A DNA stretch of 64,000 nt from Dendrobates tinctorius (Eukaryota). Position numbers and translations under genes: made by a program. The stretch is taken from assembly GCF_039654945.1 (NCBI RefSeq), contig NW_027361723.1:2666001-2730000 (forward strand), read 5' to 3'. The notes below the pieces were generated by a model. That model worked only from the letters and a program-made list of their open reading frames with translations. It was not told the DNA's origin and did no database searches. The number at the start of each line of letters is the position of its first letter. The first letter of the stretch is position 1. Shown in pieces: positions 27,547 to 39,439 of this stretch.

Positions 27547-28844
27547 AAAATTGGGTCGCCCTCGCTTCTCCCAGGGCTGCGGGGTACTCGGTACCGGGCC
27601 GGTGTCAAGGCGGGAATGTGTCACAGCAGCGGTGACCCGGTCCGTGGCCCTGGGCGCCCAATATCAATGGCGGTGATGTTAATGGTGTTAAAGTTTATAT
27701 GACTAGTTCGTGATGCCACCCTTGGTATTTGGCAAGTGAGGTGTTAGCCAACACTGCGTGCAGATCCGCTGGGACTGATGGTGTGGTGCAGCAGAGATGG
27801 TGTAGCTCCCCACAGGTGGAGCTGTAGTCCCAGGGCAGTGTAGGTGCAATGGATGAGGAGAGGCACAGAATGGTATGGAGGCTGGTACCCTGGTGTAGTG
27901 GTGCGGGAATAACTGGAGGACACCAGAGTATGCGGTTCCAAAGCTTTACTCACTGTTTGCAGTTCACACAACTGCCTGCCTCCGTACCGTGTTCTCCAGG
28001 TCAGGGCTCCAGCCAACCTCCAGGCAGGATAGGATTCTCCCTACCACACTCCGCCAACATGTACCTTCACTGAACGACTCCTCCAATGCGCCTTTAGGTG
28101 CGAAGCACTCCAGTACTTAGTTACCCTGGAATGCCTCTCTCTAGGTGTTCCTAGTCTTTACTTGTATGACAGACAGCTGTAGCCTGCTCGGGGACTCCTC
28201 ACTACGTCCCGCCTCTCTATTCAGTTGCTGTTGTGTCCCAAGTCTATGATGGGAGCAAGCCGTTAGCGGCTCACTACTCCTCCGAAGTCTGTTGCCGGAC
28301 ATTAAGTTCCAATCCACCTCGGGGACCGGGCCCCGGCCTTTGCGCTCTCTGGACTGGAAGGGTGCTCTCTCTTTCTCAACCTGCTTCCCACTGTCCTTCT
28401 CTTCTCCTTCGTTCCGATCTGTTCTCTCTCTCTTATGGAAGGTTAGGTTATCAATCTTATCAGTCTCTCTCTCTGGTCTTTCTCGTGCCAGCAGCCGAGA
28501 TCACTGGGGCCTGCTGCAGCATGTCCCTCAGACACCTATCTTCTCTCTTCTTTCTCCTCTAACCAACTAACTAATAACTTTCACTCTTCCCTCTCTTTTA
28601 TATCTAACTCCACCCGCCTCCCCAGCACCTCATGTGTTACGAAGCCAGACCTTTCCAGCATAAAGCATGGATGGGTTCCTGCTGATCTATCCTGTGTGTG
28701 GGGTGCAGGTGTTGGAAGGCGGAAAGGAGTTCGCAGCCTACCTGGATAGTGGGGCACTACACCTTAGGAGAAGGTGCAGTACCTCTGTGGCAACTGAAGC
28801 CTCAGGGGCGCCACAGCAACAACAGAAGGGTCACGTGACTCTAC

Positions 28845-28992
28845 ACCATTTTCCTCCAAGCTAACCTTCAAGGGGGAGCTGGAGTTCGGTTCCTCCACTC
28901 TGGCGGTGGAGGTTTGCGTGGATTCTGGAGAGGAGGATAATTTTATGTCCTCAGCCTTCGCTCTTCTGCACGCGATGCCATTGGCCAGGTTA
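28845..28992 (+). pseudogene. Gypsy retropepsin (aspartic protease) fragment
   Basis: Manual translation FSSKLTFKGELEFGSSTLAVEVCVDSGEEDNFMSSAFA contains a VDSG-x3-NF protease motif. Confidence 0.55.
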
Positions 28993-28993
28993 C

Positions 28994-31453
28994 CATTAAA
29001 ATGAACCATGCATGGGTTTCCAAGGATTTTGTCCCACCTTCCCCTGATGACACATAGGGTGACAGAAAAATGGCTTGCTTTGGTCCACCTCTTCCTGGGA
29101 CTTCACCTATTTCGCCTTTTGCATAAGCTGAATGTCCAACATCAACATATGCCACTTTCTAAAACTCCCTAACTGTGCTGCCTCCCCCCCCCCATGGCCG
29201 GGGTCACCACCTAGCGCACGACACCGTGCGAGTGCCGTTGCCCTGGACAGGTGGGTAGGCCGACTCTTGGGCGCGGGCACTGGCACAGGGTCCCTCATAG
29301 TGCAATCAAGTGTCTCTGACGGTGGTGGTGCACACCCGCCGTCAGACACACCGCCGTACTATGAGGGGCCCAGTGCCAGTACCGACGCCCACGAGTGGGC
29401 CCCCCTTGCTTGGGCAGGGCCCCAGCATTTGCAATCTTTACCTCTCCCTGCTCCTCCGCTATGTAGTCTGGGCCGTCAAATCCATACTGTGCCTGACACC
29501 GTCTGAGCCTGCCTCCTGATGTATAGACATATATTTTGAATGTGTACACTATGCTATCCATACATGTTATCCGGGGATACGGTACCCTTTCTCACCTTTG
29601 TGTAATCACGTGTAATCCATACTGGGCCTGAGAACGGCTGGCGAGCTGTTAAGCAAGCTACAGCACCTGTGGTTTGCACACGTAAGTTTTTCATTTTTCA
29701 GGAATGACGGTTAGGCCTAATTCCGTAACTGCGGTTGACCTGCACTTACTGGGAAATCATCGTTCGCGGGTAATAATTGTAATCACAGATCCCCATCACT
29801 AACGTTGTTCAGCGGGTTATCTGCACCTGTAAGCGACAAACGCTGGCCTTTTCAGTGTAGCGCACATGCAGCCATGGACATGTAAGGGCATGACACCAGT
29901 TATTGGCCAATCTCATGTGCCAGAGCCTCACGTGTCCCTCTAGTAAGCCGGACTCGGACCGCGGGGCATGACGGAGTCTCGTTCGTTAACGGAATTAAGC
30001 TTGCAATGTGTGCATCTTTTCTGTAGCTGGCATGGTTGAGGTTTCCCAGGTGGAGTCGAATTAAACCGTAGGCTCCACTCCTGGTGGTGCCCTTCTGGAC
30101 ATTCCTTTAAGGTTCAGCTTTGCAACCATACTGCCCACGTAAAACAAACACTTTGCCTTCATGAACGCTGTTTGGAGGGTCATGACTCATGGGAATAACG
30201 CCGCCCAATCAGTTAACCTGCTAGAGAGATCCTTCGTTGCTCCCAAGCATGACATCACACTCCCTAGGAGGAAGGTAATGCCACTGTGGCGACCGTACTC
30301 CTGGGGGGCGACACAAGTGCACTGATGCCCAGCCACTGCTCGATGAATCTGCTGGTACATTGACCCAGACCACTACATTCCCCTCGCACGCTACACGGCC
30401 TGAATCTGACCCTGATGAAACTCAGGTTACCCTTCCCATATACAGCTCCATCTTACACGGTGACAAAGAGGAAGCTGCAGATGAAAGTGCAGGTTCGGCC
30501 CACCCGCCATCAGACACACCACCGTACTATCAGGGGCCCTGTGCCAGTGCCGTCGCCAACGAGTGGGCCCCCCCCCTGCTTGCTCAGGATCACAGCACTT
30601 GCAAGGTTGAAATACTGTGCAGTGAGATGGAAGATGGGGACGACGAGGAGTCTAGACTAGTACAGGGATTCCCTAGCGAGGAGACTTATTTGATTGTTTT
30701 CAATGTTGGGACAGCAATTTTTGGGGAGCACTATACTCTGGAGAATGATAGATGGGGCCCACCATACACTGGAACATTCCAAAGGTGGACATCAGACACT
30801 GGAGCAGCATTTACAGGGCCTATTATACACTAGAGCATTAGAAATGGGGCCCATTATGTTTGGAGCATTATTTGGGCCCATAACACAGTGGAGCTTCATC
30901 CATGGGGACCAACATATACTGTAGCATTATGTGGAGCTCATCATATACTGTTTCAAACATTATATGGGACCAATGATTCTGTATGGAGAAATAGATGGGC
31001 CTCGTCATGAGATGTAAAAAGTGAAGTATTTTTCATTGTACTATACCGCTATTTCTCTGCCGTATCGGAGCATGATGAGTTGTGCTATGTGTTAAAGGGG
31101 CGCTCTTTCGCCCAGGGCACATGAAAACCTGGAGCCAGCCCTCCCCCCCCACAACTTTAGCCAAATAACCCCCATTTTTCAGTGCGTAACTTGTATTATG
31201 AAGTTAATTAAGGTTGACAAGCTTAAGTAAGAAGAATTGATGCCTTTGGCATTCAAATGGGCACTGTAGGTGTGTTTCCTGTCCTCCTCTCACTGCTGAC
31301 TTATTCCCCATTGACTTACATTGGGTTTCGTGTTTCGGGACGACCCCGACTTTTCCCTATAGTCGGCCAATCTTGCTCGACCCGACTTTTGAAAAAGTTG
31401 GGTTTCACTTAACGAAACTCGACCCTAAAAAAACCAAAAGTCGCTCAACTCTA
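28994..31453 (+). mobile_element. 3' portion of the same hAT family (last transposase codons IKMNHAWVSKDFVPPSPDDT*, 3' region and TIR)
   Basis: Reverse-complement match to 19615-21320; TIR ends at 31453. Carries an extra ~1 kb (29670-30650). Confidence 0.9.
29725..30210 (-). pseudogene. Degenerate 18S rRNA fragment (3' major domain region) embedded in a hAT element
   Basis: Blocks match antisense 18S in the correct order: GCACTTACTGGGAA, CAGTGTAGCGC, AAGGGCAT, GGAGTCTCGTTCGTTA, GGCTCCACTCCTGGTGGTGCCCTTC, TTCCTTTAAG.TTCAGCTTTGCAACCATACT, CATGGGAATAACGCCGCC. Confidence 0.85.
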
Positions 31454-32613
31454 GCGACGACACCTCAACATTTTCAGCTTGTGGTGTGCTAACCAGTGGG
31501 CTTACAGTGGGGGAAGTGATGTAGCATTGCTGACTACCTTCATTCGGAGCAGGTGCACATGTGGTACGTGAGGTTTGGTAGTCCGTCCACGCTTGCAAGT
31601 GCATGGTGGTTAAATGTCTAAGCATGCAACTGGTATTCAAATTTCTCAGTTTTTTCCCTCGACTAAAGGTCTTTGCACACTTCTTACAGATTACCTTTGC
31701 CTGATCATTAGGATTTTGTTCAAAAAAGTGCCACACTGCACTCTTCCTAGTATGGAAGACATTTTGAGGCCTTGCACGCTGTGCTAATTTGACCGTCTGG
31801 CCAAGCTGTCCTGCAACTCTTGGTTTTTGTAACCCGTTTTTGGACTGCTCCGGGCCTGCCAGATAACAGCTGTTGCGATGTCGATGTCTGCTGCGGATCC
31901 TCCTCCTCTTCTGAGCTATTGGCAGCAGCACCCTCTTCCTCCAATGGATGCCAATCTGGGTCAACAACTGGGTCATCCATCACCTCCTCTTCAATTTCAT
32001 GTGCACCTTCCTCTGTGTCACCATGTAAGGTGGTATAGTATGCGGGAAGGGGCACCTGAATTTCATCAGGGTCAGATTCTGGCTCCGTACACTGCGAGGA
32101 CAATGTCGTGCTCTGAGTGAATGTACCAGCAGAAAAATCTAGTAGTGGCTGTGCATCAGTGCACTCCATGTCAGATTCATCGTGGATTGGGGAATTCACG
32201 ATTTGACTTGATAACCCAGGCATGGTATGTGAAAAGAGCTCCATGGAGTAATCTGTAGTGTGGCCTGCCACATCCTTCACTTTTGGTAGGGGTGAAGGAC
32301 ACAAGGAAAGGTGTTCCTGACCAGGAGACTCCACTGACGACTCAGTGCTTTTATTTTTTGAAACTTCAGAAGAGGAGGCGATAGAGCTGGAGGCTGAGTC
32401 AGCAATGTAAGCCAAAACTTGTTCCTGAAGCTCCGGCTTTAAAAGCGGTTTACCTACTCCCAGAAAAGGGAGCCTTCGAGGCCTTGTGGAGCCAGACAAT
32501 GACGCAGGCTCAACACCTCCTGCCTTAGGTGCTATTGTGCTTTTGCCACTACCAGCAGATGCACCCCCACCCCCATCAGTACCAGCTGGCAACCCCTGCC
32601 CACTTCCACCATA

Positions 32614-34168
32614 CAGTCATGGTCAAAAGTTGAGAATGACACAAATATTAATTTTTACAAAGTCTACTGCTTCATTTTTTCTAATGGCAATTTGCATATA
32701 CTCCAGAATGTTATAAAGAGTGATCAGCTTAACAGCAATTACTTGCAAAGTCAATATTTGCCTAGAAAATGAACTTTATCCCCCAAAACACATTTCAACA
32801 TCATTGCAGCCCTGCCTTAAAAAGACCAGCTAACATCCTTTCAGTGATTGCTCCATTAACACAGGTGTGGGTGTTGATGAGGACAGGGCTGGAGATCAAT
32901 CTGTCATGATTAAGTAAGAATGACACCACTGGACACTTTAAAAGGAGGCTGGTGCTTGGCATCATTGTTTCTCTTCAGTTAACCATGGTTATCTCTAAAG
33001 AAACACGTGCAGTCATCATTGCACTGCACAAAAATGGCCTAACAGGGAAGAGTATCGCAGCTAGAAAGATTGCACCTCAGTCAACAATCTATCGCATCAT
33101 CAAGAACTTCAAGGAGAGAGGTTCCCTTGTTGCCAAAAAGGCTCCAGGGCGCTCAAGAAAGACCAGCAAGCGCCAGGACTGTCTCTTAAAAGTGTTTCAG
33201 CTGCGGGATCAGGCTACCAGCAGTGCAGAGCTTGCTCAGGAATGGCAGCAGGCAGGTGTGAGTGCATCTGCACGCACTGTGAGGCGGAGACTCTTGGAGC
33301 AAGGCCTGGTCTCAAGGAGGGCAGCAAAGAAGCCACTTCTCTCCAGGAAAAACATCATGGACAGACTAATATTCTGCAAGAGGTACAGGGAGTGGACTGC
33401 TGAGGACTGGGGTAAAGTCATTTTCTCTGATGAATCCCCTTTTCGATTGTTTGGGACATCTGGAAAACGGCTTATTCGGAGAAGACCAGGTGAGCGCTAC
33501 CACCAGTCTTGTCTCATGCCAACTGTCAAGCATCCTGAAACCATTCATGTGTGGGGTTGCTTCTCAGCCAAGGGCATGGGCTCTCTCTCAGTCTTGCCTA
33601 AAAACACAGCCATGAATAAAGAATGGTACCAGAATGTCCTCCAAGAGCAACTTCTCCCAACCGTCCAAGAGCAGTTTGGCGATCAACAATGCCTTTTTCA
33701 ACATGATGGAGCACCTTGCCATAAAGCAAAGGTGATAACTAAATGGCTCAGGGAACAAAACAGATTTTGGGACCATGGCCTGGAAACTCCCCAGATCTTA
33801 ATCCCATTGAGAACTTGTGGTCAATCATCAAGAGACAGGTGGACAAACAAAAACCTTCAAATTCAGACAAAATTAAAGCATTGATTTTGCAAGAATGGAC
33901 TGCTATCAGTCAGGATTTGATCCAGAAGTTGATTGAGAGCATGCCAGGGAGAATTGCTGAGGTCCTGAAGAAGGGTCAACACTGCAAATATTGACTTGCT
34001 GCATTAACTCATTCTAACTGTCAATATAACCTTTTGCTACTCATATGATTGCAATTATATTTCTGTATGTGATAAAAACATCTGACAAACACACATAAAA
34101 ACCAGAGGGCAGCAGATCATGTGAAAATATAATATTTGTGTCATTCTCAAAACTTTTGGCCATGACTG
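32614..34168 (+). mobile_element. Tc1/mariner transposon with TA TSD
   Basis: TA-CAGTCATGGTCAAAAGT...GAGAATGACACAAATATTA and the inverse ...ACTTTTGGCCATGACTG-TA. Confidence 0.95.
32985..33994 (+). pseudogene. Tc1 DD34E-type transposase, frameshifted at ~33760
   Basis: MVISKETRAV...GRSRKTS, FSDES, VWGCF, FQHDGAPCH; WPGNSPDLNPIENLW continues in another frame. Confidence 0.93.
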
Positions 34169-34601
34169 TACTTCCTCATTTTTTTGAAAAATGTACCCAA
34201 AATACCACCAGCTATATGGTACAAGGTGTATATAGTATTGGGGAGAATTGGAATCTCCCTAGAGATTTTAGGAGGCTGACAATGATGCTCTCAGTCCAAG
34301 TATGGCAGCAGGCAGCCTAATAAGCAGGACTGCTGCACACAAAAGTGTGGAAAAATGAACGCTTGGTAACTGTGCAGAAGAGAGGAAGAAAAGTACTTTT
34401 GCTTTTAAAAAGGCAGTTTGCTCAGCAGTGTGCAAACAGCAATGCAGCTATCAGGGAGCCTTGTAAGGCAGCCTAACAACCAACAGAGCTGATGCACAAA
34501 AATAGAGCCTCACCTGTCACTGCACACAGTGTTGTACAGTGGAAATCGCTACCAGCAGAAGCAGTTTTTTTGTTCTTCTTCCCTGCCCAACGCTCTCCCT
34601 T

Positions 34602-35172
34602 TATTAGGGCTGGTGGAACGCACCAAATGATAAAGTAGTAGTAGGTGCGTTTGCAGCCGGGGTCCACTGTGCAGAGGTGGTACACTGCTGCTAGACAATG
34701 GCGGAAGAATAGAGCAGCGTGAAAACAGTCACACGTGGGTTACGTCACCCAGTGTGAGCAGGAGCGGACTCTGTTAATTCACAGAGCCGCACAACCACTG
34801 AACGTGGATGCCGGAGCCTGTTTAGCTCACAGAGCCCGGCCAAAGAGCGCACAGCAAACAGCCACAGAACTCTACCTCAAGGACACGGGGTTAGAGTCCC
34901 TCTAGGCCCACTGAGCGCGCGGCGTCGCTACCACGAGCGCCGCTATAGACGCTGACTATGGAGTGCGGAGCACTTGCACTGAGGCGTGCCGAGTCACTGG
35001 TGTGGACTAAAGACTGACGCCAACTCTGACCTACCTACGCCTAAGCGCTAGCAGGCTAGGCTGCATAACACATGCGTACCAAGGGTAGGGTTGAAAATAC
35101 AGTGTATCCTAGCGCATGGCCGAGCGGCCATGTGAACCTTTTACAGCCACGAGCGTCCGGGACCTTCCTGGC
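34602..35172. mobile_element. Probable LTR fragment
   Basis: Begins TATTAGGGCTGGTGGAACGCACC, resembling amphibian Gypsy LTR starts. Non-coding and lies between hAT and DIRS pieces. Confidence 0.35.
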
Positions 35173-38100
35173 TTCTTCGGTAGGAAGGCTGGATCAGTTT
35201 TTATGATCACCCCATCATCCAAAAAGGTGGTATATGGTGGATTTACAGACATTGCCTGCAGCTCGCAGACACGACGAGCTGAGGTTAGGGCCACCAGGAG
35301 TACTGTTTTTAGCGTCAGCGCCTTTATTGAGATGGAAGCAATAGGTTCCAATGGAGACGCTGTTCGTGCCCTAAATACTAAATTTAGATCCCAGGGAGCT
35401 ACCTTAGATGCTAATTTTGAGGGCCTGGATGTAAAGGAGGCCCGAATGAATCTATAGACCCATGGGTGATCAGCCAGTTTTTGATCAAACAATGCACCCA
35501 GGGCCGATACCTGCACTTTCAAGGTGCTTGTGGACAGTCCTTTTTCCAGTCCTTTCTGGAGGAACTCTAGGATTTCTTTTATTGGCATTTCCTGGGCTGT
35601 CCCAGTCAATTGTTGGCCCATGAACTGCAAGAATTTTTCCCAAATTTTTTGGTATTTGCGTGAAGTTACCTCCTTTCTGCTAGCGAGCAGGGTGGTTACT
35701 AACGGGACTGAGAACCCTTTTGCTAGAAGGAGTCCCCTTTCAAGTTCCACGCAGTGAGGTGCAGCCTGTGAACCCTGGGGTGTTCTACTGGGCCCTGGTA
35801 TAGCAGATTTAGGGTATCTGGGAGGATCCGCGTCTGAGCCATGTGAACCATGCCCTTTTCGGCCAGAAGGGTGCAATCAAGAATATTCGAGCTCTCTCTT
35901 GTCGGATCTTTTTCAAGAATACTGGTGTCAATGGAAAAGGGGGGGGGGGGGAACGCATAGGCCAGACAAAATTTCCACCGGTGTAGTAGCGAGTCCACCC
36001 CCTCTGGTTGCTCTCTTGGATTTAGGGAGTAGAACCTGTCCACTTTCCGATTTTTCCCTGGTAGCAAACAGGTCTACTTCTGGTGTGCCCCAGGCAGTGC
36101 AGATTTCTCCAAATATTTTTTGACTTAGGGACCATTCTCCCTGGTGTAGTACATGGTGGCTTAAATAATCGGCCAGATAATTGTCTGCCCCCTTTAAATG
36201 TGTACCCGATAAGGACAGAAGATTGTTTTCCGCCCATGCGAATAATTCCCTGGCCTCTGCCATAAGGGTTGCCGACCTTGTACCCCCTTGTCTGTTTATG
36301 TATGCTATGACTGTGTTGTTGTCGGATAATATGGTGACATGTCTTCCTTGTACTTCTTGCTTTACCAGGGGAAGGGCTCGCCTTACAGCCGCCAGTTCTT
36401 TAAGATTTGAGGATGCATCCCTCATTCCGGGTTCCCACTGGCCCTCTAGGGTTCGTTTCTCTGTGTGTGCCCCCCAACCACTCAGACTTGCGTCCGTGGT
36501 TAATACTACTGAGTTTTGAGTAGTCCAGGGCACTGATCTGGTTAAATTTTCGGTGCTCAGCCACCATTTTAGTGACTCCCGCACTTGAGGGGAGAGAATG
36601 ATCTCCCGGTTTAAATTGGAAGGACCCTTCTCCTGCTTGGATAGGATCTGCTACTGTAGCTCTCTCGTATGGGCTTGTGCCCACCGGACCGCTGGGATTG
36701 TTGCTGTTATCATGCTCAGGAGCGACATTGCCTCACTTACTGATATGGCTCGACCGGATTGTATCCGTTGTGTTTTTTGTTGGATAGCCCCAATTTTTCC
36801 TTTCTGGAAGAATGCACTGCTGTTTTAATGAGTCCAATTGAATTCCAAGGAATTCTTGTGACTGTACTGGAGTTAATTTGGATTTTCTCAGATTGATCCT
36901 CCAGCCCAACCTGGTTAATATTTCCAGGACCTTTAACTGCATCTTCGCAATTTTGCTTGTCGTTTGCTATGACCAGGAAATCGTCTAGATAGGGTACTAG
37001 CAGGTTATTCTCCCTTCTTATAAAGGACGCTACTTCCCCGATGATTGTTGTAAATATATGAGGGGCTACTGATACCCTGAAGGGTAGGTACTGGTACAGT
37101 AGACGAGTGTGAATTTGAGCTCTCTCTACCACCAGTCTTCGATATTGTTGGCGTTCTCCCCATATTGGGACATGGTAATAGGCGTCGTAAGATCTATTAC
37201 TGCCATGTAGCAACCTGGGTCGAGTAGCTTCACTGCTGACCCCAAGGTCTCCATTTTGAATTTCTATGTTCTGATGTATTGGTTCAGGGCTTTGAGATTG
37301 AATATTGTTCTTAGTAACCCATCTGGTTTTGGCGTGAGGAACAGAGTGCTGTAATACCCTTTCCCTTCTTGATGAGACGGGACTTTTATTAGTACCTCTT
37401 TTTGAAGGAGGAGCTGGATCTCCTTTTCTAGCATAGCCTGATTCTTTTTGGCTACCCGGGTCACTTTTAGTCTTTGGGGTGGAAGGCTTGGAAAACTTAG
37501 TCGTAGGCCCCCGGCTAACAGGTCGGTTACCCACTTTGAGGTGTGCAATGCTACCCACTGATGGACAAAGAACTGAAGCCTTCCCCCGACCACCCTGGCG
37601 TCATTGCTTAGTATCGGGTCTCGGGGTGGTTTTACTAAAGAGGAATCCCTTCTCTCTTCCCCTCCATGGTCTGCCCCGTGTGGTCCTATCGTCTGGCCGC
37701 CCTTGGCTCCCTCTGTTCCCTGTTCCCACGAAAGGATGAGAGAGCTTCAGTCCACCGGCGCCTAGGGAAGGGGGGTGGAAACCATTTTTTCTTATCTGAC
37801 GCCTTTTCTAAAATTTCATCCAATGCTTTCCCAAACAAGTATTGACCCTCACAAGGGACGGCACAGAGTTTAACTTTTGACTGGAAGTCTTCCGACCAGT
37901 TTTTTTTAACCAAAGTGCTCTGCAGCCTGAATTTGAAAGGGCTCATGCACGGGCGGCACCATGGACGGAATCTACTGCGGCGTCCACCAGGAATTCCGCT
38001 GCCTTCTGTAGGGAAGGTATTGCCTCCAGCAATGTCTCCCTTCGGCATTTATTCTTAATTTGGCCTTTCCCTACAGAAGACATATATAGGGCAATTGTTA

Positions 38101-38710
38101 ATATATTGTGCTGCCTTACAAAGGCACTCACCCGGCCCCTTTCCTAGGTACCCCGGTAGCTCTTCATCCTGCGCGTTCCTCTCAACTTTAGGATCCATTT
38201 TCCTTCTGCTGCTGGTCTGGCTCTATAACACTGGAGTCCGTGTGCAGCCTCTCAGGGACCATTGGCGCTTGCCTCGTCTCCCTTTTTATGGAGGAGCGGT
38301 GCGCGCTTCTGGGACTGCTCCCGCCCGGAAGTGCCCATTACACCGCTCCCCCGGCATGTGAAGTCACTTCCAGTGCAACCCCGGAAGCCGTCGCCACACA
38401 GTCGGTGCCAGGCCTCCCCCGGCTCTGCCTCCCACTGGAGCGGCCGCCGGGGAGTCACACGAGGAGGACACCGCTCACAGCGCCCACCGAGCTGGGCTGA
38501 CAGGCGCGCGCCACCGCGCCCCGCTGCCGTCCTCTCCCCGTGGACCTCGGCCTCCTGACCGGACATCAGAGGGGGATCCCTCCGGAGGTACAGGCTCTGC
38601 CCCAAGCATTCCGGCTGCAGGAAACCAAACTGGGGAGAGAGGTGCCGCCCCCTTCTTATGTCTCTGCTACAGGTTTCCTGTTTCCTGGGGGGCGGATACC
38701 TACTCATGTC
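35172..38710 (-). mobile_element. Degenerate DIRS1-like tyrosine-recombinase retrotransposon (gag-like, RT, RNase H, MT-like, YR)
   Basis: GGRLQFF..W, YYSTLFL.PKPDG, DAYYHVPI, YLDDFLV (RT); TTDASLSGWGAH, SDNNT, INRQGGTRS, NYLADYLS (RNase H); WGTPEVDLFA (MT-like); STLKVQVSAL, PWDLNLV, LTSARRVCEL, FLPK (YR, truncated). Many frameshifts. Confidence 0.9.
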
Positions 38711-38714
38711 TGCG

Positions 38715-39042
38715 GTGCTGTCATGGGGAAGGGAAAAATACGACCTAGTAGGAATAACTGAGACATGGTTAGACGACAGCTATGACTGGGCGGCTAACTT
38801 GCAAGGATATGATTTGTTTAGGAGGGATCGTAAAAAAAGGAAAGGGGGTGGAGTCTGTCTATATATAAAGCCCACACTAAGAGAAGATCTACAAGAGGGA
38901 AATGAAGAGGTGGAGTCTCTATGGGTGGAGATACAAGGAGGGAAAAGTAATAAAATCCTCATAGGGGTTTGTAATAAGCCACCAAATATAACAGAAACCA
39001 CTGAGAATGTATTATTGAAGCAAATAGACAAAGCAGCAAATC
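38715..39042 (+). mobile_element. CR1 LINE ORF2 endonuclease fragment (left part of a split element)
   Basis: YDLVGITETWLDDSYDW...FRRDR..RKGGGVCLYIK...ILIGVCNKPP; continues at 49800 with NEVIIMEDFNYPD. Confidence 0.9.
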
Positions 39043-39439
39043 CAGAGGTGTAGCTAGGGTTTCGGTTCGAGGGGGGCAAAACTTCTGAGTGGGCCCCTAA
39101 CTAGGTAACGCACCCTAATAGTGGATGTAGGCGATGACTGCGCTGTTACTGAAAATAATCCCTATATAAAGGCCAACGTGGATATTACCGCAATATCGTC
39201 AGTGGTAAATACCATTCCTACAAAACATATGTGATTACTGCACAGGTATAGTTGGTGTCTTACCGCTGACGTTCTTTCTGATGGAATCGTTCACTTTTCA
39301 CGTCTTTTCCATCTGGCCCAGACCGACATGACAACTCCTCCAGCCAAGACTCGGCTACAGAGAATACAACAACGACATGTTTCACCTCTCATATTCCCGC
39401 CCCATCACCATCTATTCCCAACCTGCACAAACCCCTCAT

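Larger units (their letters stand above)
26323..28815 (-). mobile_element. Gypsy-type LTR retrotransposon 5' portion: LTR (~27552-28815), PBS and truncated internal region
   Basis: The PBS TGGCGTCACGAACAGGAT (27529-27546, minus) lies just inside an LTR bounded by TG..CA-like ends (TGTGGCGCCCC...GGGCGACCCA on minus). The internal region is cut by the hAT end at 26322. Confidence 0.7.
31454..34600 (-). mobile_element. Related hAT subfamily fragment (5' transposase part with BED finger, frameshifted), interrupted by Tc1
   Basis: ORFs 31747-32592 and 31425-31976 are homologous to the transposase N-terminus. ATG at 34179 lies on the far side of the Tc1. Upstream 34400-34600 resembles 5270-5480. 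Confidence 0.85.

Noticed and set aside
29725-30210. Functional rRNA gene or rDNA unit
   Set aside because: Short, internally deleted, heavily substituted, with no 5.8S/28S or spacers
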